A stretch of 63,402 nt of DNA, the filler included, from Octopus bimaculoides (taxonomy: Eukaryota): assembly GCF_001194135.2 (NCBI RefSeq). It is 4 parts of 4 records of this genome, joined end to end, with 100 filler letters (N's around TTAATTAATTAA, not from the genome) between each part and the next. Parts side by side here need not be neighbours in the genome. Positions count along the whole stretch, not along the records: positions 26,644 to 39,305 come from NC_068982.1; positions 39,406 to 60,779 come from NC_068983.1; 2 more parts are not named here. One strand, given 5' to 3'. Position numbers and translations under genes: made by a program. Shown here piece after piece: positions 34,233 through 46,580 of this stretch. Each line of letters opens with the position of its first letter. Within the stretch, counting starts at the first letter, position 1. The notes below the pieces were generated by a model. It saw only the letters and a list, made by a program, of their open reading frames with translations, had not been told where the DNA came from and made no database searches.

Positions 34233-35454
34233 TTGGCTCATCCCATAAATAATGCAGTTTTTTCAATTGCATAAACAAAAAGTTGGAGGGGGACGGGGTA
34301 AACTACCTGTATCAACTTACTATAAAAGCAGGTAATAATTTTACCTGGTGTACTTATTCTTAGTGCAAGTTTTGAAGAGTGAAGTGCGATTTTAACAGTT
34401 ATTTTTCAATGCTATAATGGAAGTGACGAAGGAGCATTTTCAACATATTTTGCTTTATGAGTTCAATAAAGGCAACAACGCAACGGAAAGTGCGAGGAAC
34501 ATTAATGCAGTATATGGGGGTCGGATAATAAACGTAAGCCAATGTCAACTGTGGTTCAGGAAATTCAGAGCCGGAAACTACAGCCTAGATGACAAGCCTC
34601 GTCTTGGAAGATCTGTAGAGCTCTAGAAGAACGTCTAGAAAACCCTAGTGGAGCAAAATCCCATCGTAACTGTTGAGGAACTAGTAGAGAAGTTTGGATT
34701 TGGTCATTCAACCATTCATTGACACTTGCGTGCCATCGGAAAAGTCAGCAAACTAGGTCAATAGGTTCCTCACAAACTTTCTGAGTCTAATCGTACGCAG
34801 AGAGTGAATGCGTGCTCTTCTTTGCTGTCATGTCTCCCGAATGAACCTTTTTTTTTTTTTTTGAATACCGGTACCCCAGGCTAAAGAAGGTCTTCACCAA
34901 CGTAAGGTGTTGTTATCTGTTTAGTGGGATATGAAAGGTTTAGTCTACTTCAAACTTTAAAACCCAAACCAAACGATAACAAATGAGATCTACTACGAGC
35001 AGCTTGAGCGGCTCAAGTCAGCGCTAGAAGAAAAACAACCATCTTTGGTTTCAAGACGAAAGGTGTTCTTTCATCAGGATAATGCTAGGCCACACACAGC
35101 GAGGATGACATTCCAAAGGCTGGAGCAGTTTGAATGGGAAACGACGCCCCACCCACCATATTCGTCAGACATTGCCCCATCTCACTATCATTTATTCCGC
35201 AGTCTTCAAAATCATTTGAACGGAAAAATTTGAATTATGAAGACGAGATCAGAACAGTACTGGAGGAGTATTTTTCGTCACGGACAAGTGAATTTTGGAA
35301 GCGGGACATTGCAAGTCCACCAGATAGATGGAAGAGCACCGTAGAAAATGAAGGAGAGTTATATTTTAGATTTAAAAAAGAACTTTGTTTATCTTAATTT
35401 TGAAAGATAAAGGAAGTATTTTATAAAAACCGCATTATTTATGGGATGACCCAA
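34233..35454 (+). mobile_element. Mariner transposon, near full length, defective
   Basis: About 30-bp TIRs (TTGG(C/G)TCATCCCATAAATAATGC(A/G)GTTTTT) with TA TSD. Transposase pieces MEVTKEHF..., WFRKF...PR.GR, VPHKL, HQDNARPH, HPPYSSDIAPSHYHLF; stops, frameshifts, an internal deletion, and the third catalytic D reads H. Confidence 0.97.
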
Positions 35455-35639
35455 TATATCAACTAATGTAATAGTAGATGCACTTTGTCTGAAATAATGT
35501 AGTTAAATAGTGGATAATATAATTCTACCAGACAATTCTACCAGACACACTGTAACTAAATAAAACAGGATATGGTCAAGTCAAGGATTGGATACTTTCG
35601 ATGAGAGGTTTGCTTAATCAGAGGAGGCTTGAGGCTGTA

Positions 35640-35835
35640 CTACCGCCACCACCACTACTACTACCACTACTACTACCACCACCACCACCACCATCACCAT
35701 CACCACTACTACTACTACTACTACTATTACTACCAACACCACTACTACTACCACCACCACCACTACTACCATCACCACCACCACTACTACCACTACCACT
35801 ACTACTACTGCTGCTGTTACTGCTGCTGCTACTAC
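35640..35835. repeat. Compound (CAC/TAC/CTG)n microsatellite
   Basis: Directly visible. Confidence 0.95.
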
Positions 35836-36249
35836 AACGCCAACTTGTAAATCAGTGTCACATTAATTTACGTTACAAAAATTAACATTTGTAGTAGCAA
35901 TGCGGATATATCAAGGAGGAGATACTATGTCCAATAAACAATATCTGGTTCTATTCCTTAGTAGACATGCACTAACAAATGACATTAAAAAAAATAGAAA
36001 GAAAACCCCGCAATAAAATTCCCAATATTAATGATGCAGTAGGAGGGGACTCCATAGGTCCAAGGCCTGGAATTTGGAAGGAGAGAATAGTCGATTATAT
36101 GTAGCCCAGTACTTGCTTGATAAGTTTTATATTTTTGATGCCAGACAGAAAGAAAGCAATGTTGACCGTGACGAGGTTTTGAACCCAGAACGTAAAGAGC
36201 CAAAACAAATATCGCAAAGCATCTTATCCACTGGGCTAGCGATTCTGCA

Positions 36250-36491
36250 GTGGAGGCGCAATGGCCCAGTGGTTAGGGCAGCGGACTCGCGGTCATAGGA
36301 TCGCGGTTTCGATTCCCAGACCGGGCGTTGTGTGTGTTTATTGAGCGAAAACACCTAAAGCTCCACAAGGCTCTGGCAGGGGATGGTGGCGAACCCTGCT
36401 GTACTCTTCCACCACAACTTTCTCTTACTCTTCCTGTTTCTGTTGTGCCTGTAATTCACTGTGTCATGCTGAATATCCCCGAGAACTACGT
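36250..36491 (+). mobile_element. tRNA(Arg)-like SINE
   Basis: GGAGGCGCAATGGCCCAGTGGTTAGGGCAGCGGACTCGCGG...GGTTTCGATTCC head; second copy at 58874-59198 (-). Confidence 0.85.
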
Positions 36492-36949
36492 NNNNNNNNN
36501 NNNNNNNNNNNNNNNNNNNNNNNNNNNNNNNNNNNNNNNNNNNNNNNNNNNNNNNNNNNNNNNNNNNNNNNNNNNNNNNNNNNNNNNNNNNNNNNNNNNN
36601 NNNNNNNNNNNNNNNNNNNNNNNNNNNNNNNNNNNNNNNNNNNNNNNNNNNNNNNNNNNNNNNNNNNNNNNNNNNNNNNNNNNNNNNNNNNNNNNNNNNN
36701 NNNNNNNNNNNNNNNNNNNNNNNNNNNNNNNNNNNNNNNNNNNNNNNNNNNNNNNNNNNNNNNNNNNNNNNNNNNNNNNNNNNNNNNNNNNNNNNNNNNN
36801 NNNNNNNNNNNNNNNNNNNNNNNNNNNNNNNNNNNNNNNNNNNNNNNNNNNNNNNNNNNNNNNNNNNNNNNNNNNNNNNNNNNNNNNNNNNNNNNNNNNN
36901 NNNNNNNNNNNNNNNNNNNNNNNNNNNNNNNNNNNNNNNNNNNNNNNNN

Positions 36950-37005
36950 TAAACAGAGCAACATCGGTTGTCAAGCGATGATGGAGGGGGGCACAAACAC
37001 TGACA

Positions 37006-37037
<32 letters not shown>

Positions 37038-37200
37038 CACGAGGGGCTTCTTTCAGTTTCCATTTAGCAAATCCACTCACAAGGCTTTGGTCGGCCCGAG
37101 GCAATAGTAGAAGACATTTGCCCAAGGTGCCACGCAGTGGGACTGAACCCGGAACCATGTAGTTGGTAAGCAAGCTACTTACCACACAGCCACTCCTGTA
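36950..37200 (-). mobile_element. Family A SINE
   Basis: Reverse head and core motifs. Confidence 0.9.
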
Positions 37201-37889
37201 TATTTTTTTTCTCTTATTTTGATAATTTGTATATATTTATTTTATTATAATGGAAAACAACACCACGTAGCAATCGACGTATGCTTAAATAATAAACCGC
37301 GATAGGTGAACCGCGATATGGCGAGGGGTTACTATGTAACCCTTTCTACAACGGGCACAAGGCTCGAAATTTTGAGAAGGAGCGGGCTAGTCGATTACAT
37401 CGTACTCAGTAAACCATTGGTATTTATTTTATCAACTCCGAAAACATTAAAGGCGAAGTCGACCACGGCGGAATTTGAGCTCAGAACGCAAAGACGGACC
37501 AAATGCCATTAAGCAGTTTGTCCGGCGTGCTCGCCGCCTTAACTACCCTAAATATGATACTTTAATAACTGTTTGAAAAATAGGAACAAGGCCTGAAATT
37601 TGGTGATTGGGATGGGTAAGTCAGTTGATACCTTCAACTCCTACTAATAGCTCATAGTTTACTTTAAAAACCCTAGGATGCTGAGAGCCAAAATATGACC
37701 CCGACGGGATTTGAACTGAGGTTGTAAAGAGTTAAAGCAAATACCACAAAGTATTTTGTTCGACGCCCTAACGATTCTGCAAATCCACGACCCTTTACCA
37801 ACTAATTTATTATGGGTTGGACCTCTTAAGTTCGGCAATCTTGGGGCTCAACAATTGCTAGACGACTGGCCGAAAAACAGAGTTACGAG

Positions 37890-38290
37890 GTTTAATAAGT
37901 ATCCAGGAAGTAATAGATCTAAAGAAGACAAGTGCAGGTTCCTATATAGAAGAAAAAGAACACACGCTCCTGAAAGAAATGTTTACAGAAAGGGCAAAAT
38001 CCAAAAAGAAGGAGGTAAAAAAAGACAAGAAAAAATGTGAAAGAGATGAATCAAACTTTGAAAGAATTTTCACTTGGCATTCTTCAAAAGAAAAGAAGAA
38101 GCGGTTCGGAATAGCAAGAATAGTTGACTAGCGCTAAGGAAGGGATACTGAGAACGAAACCAAGGAAATGATCTTGGTAGCACAGGAACAGGCTCTAAGT
38201 GTAAAATGGATGAAGAATACGATAGATCAACAAGATTGCTTGCTCAAATAGAATACGCGAAGAGACAGATAAGACCATACCTCCAATTTA
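37890..38290 (+). mobile_element. R4/Dong post-RT fragment
   Basis: RGLISIQEVI...; LRKG.L..ETKEMILVAQEQALSVKWMKNTID (ET....AQEQAL motif). Confidence 0.75.
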
Positions 38291-38337
38291 ATCGGGATCT
38301 CCACAGCTAACACAGGATGAATGCAAAATGTGCATGT

Positions 38338-39610
38338 GTGCAGGAGTGGCTGTGTTGTAAGTAACTTGCTTACCAAGCCCATGGTTTCGAGTTCAGTCCC
38401 ACTTTATGGCATCTTGGGCAAGTGTCTTCTACTATAGCCCCGGGCCGACCAAAGNNNNNNNNNNNNNNNNNNNNNNNNNNNNNNNNNNNNNNNNNNNNNN
38501 NNNNNNNNNNNNNNNNNNNNNNNNNNNNNNNNNNNNNNNNNNNNNNNNNNNNNNNNNNNNNNNNNNNNNNNNNNNNNNNNNNNNNNNNNNNNNNNNNNNN
38601 NNNNNNNNNNNNNNNNNNNNNNNNNNNNNNNNNNNNNNNNNNTATCATTTATCTTACATTTGTTTCAGTTATTTGACTGCGGCCATGCTGGAGCACCGCC
38701 TTGAACAATTTTTAGTCGAATGAATTGACTCCAATACTTTGGGGTTTTTATTTAATTTATCTTTTTTAAGCCTGGTACTTATTCTATCGGTCTCTTAAAC
38801 CGTACCACTAGGTTACAGGAACGTAAACACACTAGCACCAGTTATCAAACGGGGGGTGGGGTGCAAACAGACACAAAGACTCACACACAACGGGCTTCTT
38901 TCAGCTGCTTTGTACTAAATCCACCCACAAGGCTTTGGTCGACCCAAGGCTATAGTAGAAGACACTTGCCCAAGGTGCCATGCAGTGGGACTGAACCCGG
39001 AACAAAACCTTACTATACAGCCACGCCTGCACTTATCCATACAACCACGCTCGCGCCTATATATGACCAGATTCTTTTACGACTGCGGCCATGCTGGAGC
39101 ACCGCCTTTAGTCGAGCAAATCGACCCCAGGACTTATTCTTTGTAAACCTAGTACTTATTCTATCGGCCTCGTTTTGCCGAACCGCTAAGTTACGGGGAC
39201 GTAAACACACCAGCAACGGTTGTCAAGCGATGTTGTGGGGACAAACATAGACACACAAACATATACACATACATATATATATATATACATATATACGACG
39301 GGTTTNNNNNNNNNNNNNNNNNNNNNNNNNNNNNNNNNNNNNNNNNNNNTTAATTAATTAANNNNNNNNNNNNNNNNNNNNNNNNNNNNNNNNNNNNNNN
39401 NNNNNTGTGTGTTTCTGTTTTACCCCCAACATCGCTTGACAACCGATGCTGGTGTGTTTACGTCCCCGTAGCCTAGCGGTTCGGCAAAAGGTGACCGATA
39501 GAATAAGTACTAGGCTTACAAAGAATAAGTCCTGGGGTCGATTTACTCGACTAAAGGCGGTGCTCCAGCATGGCGCAGTCAAATGACCGAAACAGGTAAA
39601 AGAAAAAAGA
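38338..39610. mobile_element. Cluster of family A SINE pieces in both orientations, with gaps
   Basis: Repeated head and tail motifs; includes the artificial join at 39306-39405. Confidence 0.85.
39306..39405. other. Artificial assembly join
   Basis: 44 N + TTAATTAATTAA + 44 N. Confidence 0.9.
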
Positions 39611-39837
39611 AACAGAAATATGATCTAGGTATAGAAGGTGAAAGTTTTGAGGCGGTTATCCGAAGTTGTCCTCTTTTGCTTTGATTTTCGAAGATTTATT
39701 TGCATCAACAGAGCTGATGCTCTCTATGACGTTACATATGTTTTCTTGTCAATTTCTGGCCTGTTAGATTTGTGCTTGGTTGAAGTTTTGATGCGAATGT
39801 TCTACCAATTATTTCTTGTGTTGATGTTTGCTACGAG

Positions 39838-40084
39838 GTGGGCGCCAAAAGGTTTCTGGCTTTAAGAGTATCTCGAAATGCCTGGTTGGAGGCCCAACCT
39901 TCTAACTTCTTTTACAAGGCTTAGAAAAACTGAAGGACCGCTGCAATAAGTGTATGAATCTGAGAAGAGAATGTGTTTAATAGGATCGTAATTAACTGAT
40001 CCCCCTGTATTTTTATAATTATTATTAACTAATCCTCCTGTATTTTCTTTTACCAATACTAGGAAATTTTCAGAGCACCCTCGT
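39838..40084 (+). mobile_element. Mariner-derived MITE with internal duplication
   Basis: TA|CGAGGTGGGCGCCAAAAGG...TTTTCAGAGCACCCTCG|TA; the ATTAACT.ATCC.CC.TGTATTTT segment is duplicated. Confidence 0.75.
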
Positions 40085-40173
40085 ATGCATGTATGTATGT
40101 ATGTATGTATGTATGTATGTATGTGTGTAGATAGATAGATAAATAGATAAATAGATAGATAGATGGGTGAATG

Positions 40174-40237
<64 letters not shown>

Positions 40238-40884
40238 GATAGAGAAAGAGAGATATTGGCGAGCACATGAACATGCAGTCTGTATCTGAATCGATATAAA
40301 ATAAATTCACCTACAAAGACTTAAGTATCTTTTCTGTCTGTGCACATTAAGTTAGTACGCTTTATGTGGATATATTACGAAATAATATATTCTTTATGAC
40401 ATTACGTGACGCACATAAGAATAATAGAAGCAGAAACATCAACATGATTGAGTGGTAGTTTTATATAATTATTGCAGTGCAGTGAGTATGATACGTAAAG
40501 ATCTTTCTGGTTCTTTTTCTTTATGCTTTTGACAGCTCTTACATTCAATGCAGACGACATTGTCACACATACATGTTAGCTGAACGTGGACATATGCTTA
40601 GCTACTGCAACTTGCGCGTGTATACACATTAGTTGTATACGTAAAGGCATATTAAGTCAGACAAAGACTTTCCATTTACAAGATAGCTTATACACATGGA
40701 CACTTGTGCATACACACACACACATTCATACATCCATAGATATACACATACTTGTGTACATGTCTCTTTTACTCTTTTACCTGTTTCATGTGGCCATGCT
40801 GGAGCACCGCCTTTAGTCGAACAAATCGACCCCAGGACTTATTCTTTGTAAGCCTGGTACTTATTCTATCGGTCTCTTTTATGC

Positions 40885-42109
40885 ATAAAATCGAAATTCT
40901 GTCTTTTTCTTTCTCCGGCAAAATGAAAGTACATGGTTCAAGAAAAGCTATTATGCTATTACCTAATTTGTCTTGTCAAAAATTATGCAATGGCACAACA
41001 CTAATTTTGCACGAACTTATGAGGAACTGCGTTAACGCAAATATTCTCGCTGGTTGTGGTAAAGGTGATACAGTCTTCATTTCTCGCATTCTAGTTATAT
41101 CGTTTAATGTCCCATTCCAGTGTAAGCGTTTACAGTTTCCTATCCCACTTTCTTTTGCCATGAGCATTAATAAAACTCAGGGCCAAACACTAAAAGTTAC
41201 TGGATTGCAACTTGAAGAACCATACTTTTTACATACCCAAATTTATGTAGGAGCATCGCGTGTGGGAGCAAAAACAAATCTTTTTACTTATGCATCCCGA
41301 AATAAAACAAAAAAAACATTGTTTATAAAGAAACGACTTAACGTGTATGACATCGATATTTTTCTACTTCAATTATTACATGTCTTCTCTTATAAAATAC
41401 ACACATGCAGGAGGAGTAAGTCTAAATTTGCAGGAGGAGTCTTACCCTGGTTCAGATTCGAAACTGAATCTTTCAATTCTCCTTGGCCATACGGCCTATT
41501 CAAATGTCAAAAGAAACCGTGACAAATGGGTGTTCTACTTGACCTATGGTCTTTTCAGTGCCATCACACAGCCACCCGCATTCTCTAATGCTATTCTTCT
41601 ATATGATATATCTATTTTTCTACTTTCATTCACGTTGAAATTGAATCTTTGAATTTTCCTTCTTCAATTGTTACATGCTTTTCACATGGCTAACTTTACG
41701 TAGGAGCATCTTTTTGCTTATGCATCTCGAAACCAAAACAAAAAACATCATTTATAAAGAAATATTCACTCTTAATGCAACAAGAATACTTCAATAACTT
41801 AATTTGCCATTACTATCATTACATTCAAGAATGACTAGATTACCTATTTAAATGGACTGTATTATATAATTGCCATTACTGCATTGATAAATAAAATAAG
41901 ACATAGAACACATTTATCATTGTCATATAATAAACAAGCGGAAGTTTGTGTATGGAATCTTTTTTCTACTTCAATTATTACACGTGTTTCTCTTATAAAA
42001 ACGCACACATACAGGAGGAGTAAATTATATATATATAATAATACTTTGAATGAGGCTCCCGAGAAACAGTAAAAGTAATTACCCGATCAACGACGGGTAT
42101 TATTGCTAG
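40885..42109 (+). mobile_element. Helitron 3' part (Pif1 helicase C-terminus + terminal hairpin)
   Basis: LCNGT.L...G.G..VFI.RI...RLQFP..LSFAMSINKTQGQTL...QIYVGASRV; 3' end TACCCG-ATCAACGA-CGGGTA hairpin, then CTAG|T at 42106-42110. Confidence 0.88.
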
Positions 42110-42110
42110 T

Positions 42111-42141
<31 letters not shown>

Positions 42142-42145
42142 GCAC

Positions 42146-42194
<49 letters not shown>

Positions 42195-42331
42195 CATATG
42201 TATATGTATATGTATGTATATATAAATATATATATGTATATACATATATATTTATATATATACATACCTACGTATACACACACACACAGGTGATTGTGTA
42301 TATATACACAGACACATACATGCATACATAC

Positions 42332-42389
<58 letters not shown>

Positions 42390-42850
42390 ATACGTATAAA
42401 TGTATGCATGTGCATGCGTGTGTGTTTATTGTTGAGATTTGAGATCCGTTGATGCCTTTCTCATGCCAAAAATCGTTTTCGTATGCTGGATCTATGTACT
42501 CTGATTCNNNNNNNNNNNNNNNNNNNNNNNNNNNNNNNNNNNNNNNNNNNNNNNNNNNNNNNNNNNNNNNNNNNNNNNNNNNNNNNNNNNNNNNNNNNNN
42601 NNNNNNNNNNNNNNNNNNNNNNNNNNNNNNNNNNNNNNNNNNNNNNNNNNNNNNNNNNNNNNNNNNNNNNNNNNNNNNNNNNNNNNNNNNNNNNNNNNNN
42701 NNNNNNNNNNNNNNNNNNNNNNNNNNNNNNNNNNNNNNNNNNNNNNNNNNNNNNNNNNNNNNNNNNNNNNNNNNNNNNNNNNNNNNNNNNNNNNNNNNNN
42801 NNNNNNNNNNNNNNNNNNNNNNNNNNNNNNNNNNNNNNNNNNNNNNNNNN

Positions 42851-42882
<32 letters not shown>

Positions 42883-42906
42883 GTGTGTGTGTATATGTAT
42901 ATGTAC

Positions 42907-42938
<32 letters not shown>

Positions 42939-42994
42939 GCATATATATATATATATATATGTGTGTGTGTACACATATGTATAAACACACACAC

Positions 42995-43027
<33 letters not shown>

Positions 43028-43636
43028 GGAGTGCGCATCCACTCGCGCACTCACACTCTCACACGAGCACATATATTCCAAGACACGTTAAACGTCAAAA
43101 AATAGGCGAAAATGTCAACCAATCCAACCAATTATGCTTGTCAGTTGGCAATGACTTTGGCACCATTTACAGTTTGCCTTTGCGTAATTTATCATTCATA
43201 AATCAGTGGATGTCTTCTGTTTGGCAATGGGGCATTTGTGCTGCGATATTAAGTTACGAAACATACCACACCTGTTGTGCTCACAAGAATAGGAACAAAT
43301 AAAGAAAGATGTATTTGTTTAAATGGATAACGTTTTCTTTCCTTTTCCTTTTCTAATGCTGTGGTGATGGTGATGATGATGATAGCAATAATTACATATA
43401 CATAAATATATACTTATACACACACGCACACACAGACGTGTGTGTGTGTGTGAGTAGCTATATATATATATATATATTCTTTTGTTCTTTTACTTGTTTC
43501 AATCATTTGACAGCGGCCATGCTGGAGCTCCGCCTGTAGTCGAACAAATCGACCCCGGCACTTATTCTTTGTAAGCCAAGTACTTATTCTATCGGTCTCT
43601 TTGGTCGAACCGCAAAGTTACGGGGACGTAAACACA

Positions 43637-43670
<34 letters not shown>

Positions 43671-44165
43671 NNNNNNNNNNNNNNNNNNNNNNNNNNNNNN
43701 NNNNNNNNNNNNNNNNNNNNNNNNNNNNNNNNNNNNNNNNNNNNNNNNNNNNNNNNNNNNNNNNNNNNNNNNNNNNNNNNNNNNNNNNNNNNNNNNNNNN
43801 NNNNNNNNNNNNNNNNNNNNNNNNNNNNNNNNNNNNNNNNNNNNNNNNNNNNNNNNNNNNNNNNNNNNNNNNNNNNNNNNNNNNNNNNNNNNNNNNNNNN
43901 NNNNNNNNNNNNNNNNNNNNNNNNNNNNNNNNNNNNNNNNNNNNNNNNNNNNNNNNNNNNNNNNNNNNNNNNNNNNNNNNNNNNNNNNNNNNNNNNNNNN
44001 NNNNNNNNNNNNNNNNNNNNNNNNNNNNNNNNNNNNNNNNNNNNNNNNNNNNNNNNNNNNNNNNNNNNNNNNNNNNNNNNNNNNNNNNNNNNNNNNNNNN
44101 NNNNNNGCGTGCATGTGGTAGATAAACAGATATAAAGTGTGAGAGTGAGAGAGAGTAAGAGAATA

Positions 44166-44204
<39 letters not shown>

Positions 44205-44736
44205 GAGAGAGAGAGAAAGGGGAGTACGTGAATACGAAATTGAAATACTACGAGCGTGTACTTCTGAGATTGAACGAGAGAAAGAGAGACTTTGAAAGAA
44301 GTAAATAATGAAATGAATAAAAATAAATAAATAAATGAGCAGCGGAGAAAGCGGGTTAGATTATAATGACACCACTAGATTAATAACGCCCACACAAGAA
44401 CTGTATATAAAGACAGTAGTGTAAATATATCACTACACTCAGAACGATTGAAAAGTTAATGTAGAAATTACATTGTGCTCAACAGAAGAAAAAAACAAGG
44501 GCAATAATGGAAGAAGCTTATTTATTGAAAGTTCAGTCAATATTTTCTGCTGAGTCAGTATGAAATCGAATAAAACAGATTTCAGAGATGTTATGCAAAC
44601 AATGCCGGATTTACCCACAGGTTCGGCCGTCAGAAACAAAGAGCCGTAAAATTTAGTGGTCCTCTGACCAAGATGTATAATACAGGATGGGCCAAAAGTC
44701 ACGCTCCAAAACATTTGACTTTTTATTTATGTTGTG

Positions 44737-45099
44737 TTATTACTTCCGCCTTCGCTAAGGCGGAAGTATTGTTTTCAGTCGTATTCGTTTGTTTGTTTGT
44801 TTGTCCGTGGACAAGATATCTCAAGAACTACTGGATAGATTTGGATGAAACTTTCAGAGATATTTAGCCTCGTGGCTGTCACGAACTGATTAGATTTTGG
44901 GATCAATCCGGTACCGGACAAGGATCCTGGATTATTTTTCCGTGTTTTTATTATTTTTTTTTACTTAATCTTTGAGAGCGGTCGGGTTCATTTTTAGTAT
45001 TCTCCTTTGTGAGATCAGTTCAGTTTATTTCAGATATTCTCATTTGAAAAATTATCTCTGGCTAATCGTCGAGAAGACATTATTGTTGCCTTGGCGGAA
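44737..45099 (+). mobile_element. Helentron/HINE-like non-autonomous element
   Basis: TTATTACTTCCGCC-TTCGCTAA-GGCGGAAGT 5' hairpin, (GTTT)n, subterminal CCTTGGCGGA; 3' end replaced by a family B SINE piece. Confidence 0.65.
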
Positions 45100-45424
45100 T
45101 TTCGTCTTTACGTTCTGAGTTCAAATTCCTCCGAGGTCGACTTTACCTTTTATCCTTTCGGGATCGATAAATCATTACCATAACTCATTTTAATCATCGA
45201 GTACATGTGTATTCATCATAATTTTATTTATTTTATTCATTTTTAGAAAAAATGAAGCATGTCTTTGACAATTCCGGAACCTATTTGACTTATTTTGTGA
45301 GTGACTTTAGGCCCACCCTGTATTTTTGACGGTGTCATGAGGCATTTGATGCCCATAACAAGAGTGAGGGGCTCACAAAAGGAATAGCCAAGGAAGTTCC
45401 CTTCACCTAAATCTAGTAATGATT

Positions 45425-45594
45425 TCAGATGTGGCTGTGTGATAAGAAGTTTGCTTCACAACAACAAGCCACATGGTTCCGAGTTCAGTTCCACTGTTTG
45501 GCACCTTGGGTTAGTGTCTTCCATTATAACTTTGGTCCGACCAAAGCCCTGAAAGAAGCTCGTCGTATACATATTTGTGTGTGTGTGTGCGCGC

Positions 45595-45634
<40 letters not shown>

Positions 45635-46580
45635 GTATATGTGTATGTGTGTGTGTGTGTGTGTGTGTCCCTCAATACCGCTTGGCAATCGGTGTTGTTT
45701 TTACATAAGAATTATAAGTAGAAGGATCGATTCATTCGACTAAAATTATTCAACGCGTTGCCCCAGCATGGCCGCAATCTAATAACTGAAACAGGAAAAA
45801 GAGAAAGAATAAAAATAAACGATAGCAAGGATTTAACTTTAATGCTTCCATTATAAACCCTCTCAAGGCAGTGTGTTGGTAGAATGGTCAGAGCGTCGGA
45901 AAGAAATTGTTTCGCAGTATTCATTCCAACTTTTTACGTTTCGATTTCAAATTCCGTGAAGGTCAGATTTCTGTATCAACCTTTCGTTGGTCGGGGTCGA
46001 TAAAATAAAGTGCCAGTCAAGTACTGGGGTTGATGGGATCAAATAATCCCCTCTTCTCATTATTTTTGGCTTTCCATCCTTTAGGGGTCAATAAAATAAA
46101 GTACTGCTCTGTTCGATGAACTGCTATCGTTTTGATGGTCTGTGTTTAATCCATGTCTTGAGACGGTGAGATGGAAGAATCGTTAGCATGCCGGACAAAA
46201 TGCTTAGCAGCATTTCGTCCGTCTTTACTTTCTGAGTTCAAAATCTGCCGAGGTCGACTTTGCCGTTCATCCATTCGGGATCGATGAATTAAATACCAGG
46301 CGAGCACTGGGATGGATGTAATCGACTAGATCCCTCCCCTAGAATTTTAGGCCTTACTCTCTTTTTACTCTTTTACTTGTTTCAGTCATTTGACTGCAGC
46401 CATGCTGGAGCACCGCCTTTAGTCGAGCAAATTGACTCCAGGACTTATTCTTTGTAAGCTTAGTACTTATTCTATCGTTCTCTTTTTGCCGAACCGCTAA
46501 GTTACGGGGACATAAACACACCAGCATCGGTTGTCAAGCGATGGTGGGGGGACAAACACAGACACACAAACACACATACA
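45425..46580. mobile_element. SINE cluster (family A + at 45425-45810, family B + at 45860-46350, family A - at 46355-46580)
   Basis: Family motifs as above. Confidence 0.85.

Noticed and set aside
36250-36330. tRNA gene
   Set aside because: The tRNA-like head continues into a SINE body that recurs at 58874-59198 with a TSD; the acceptor stem is not intact.
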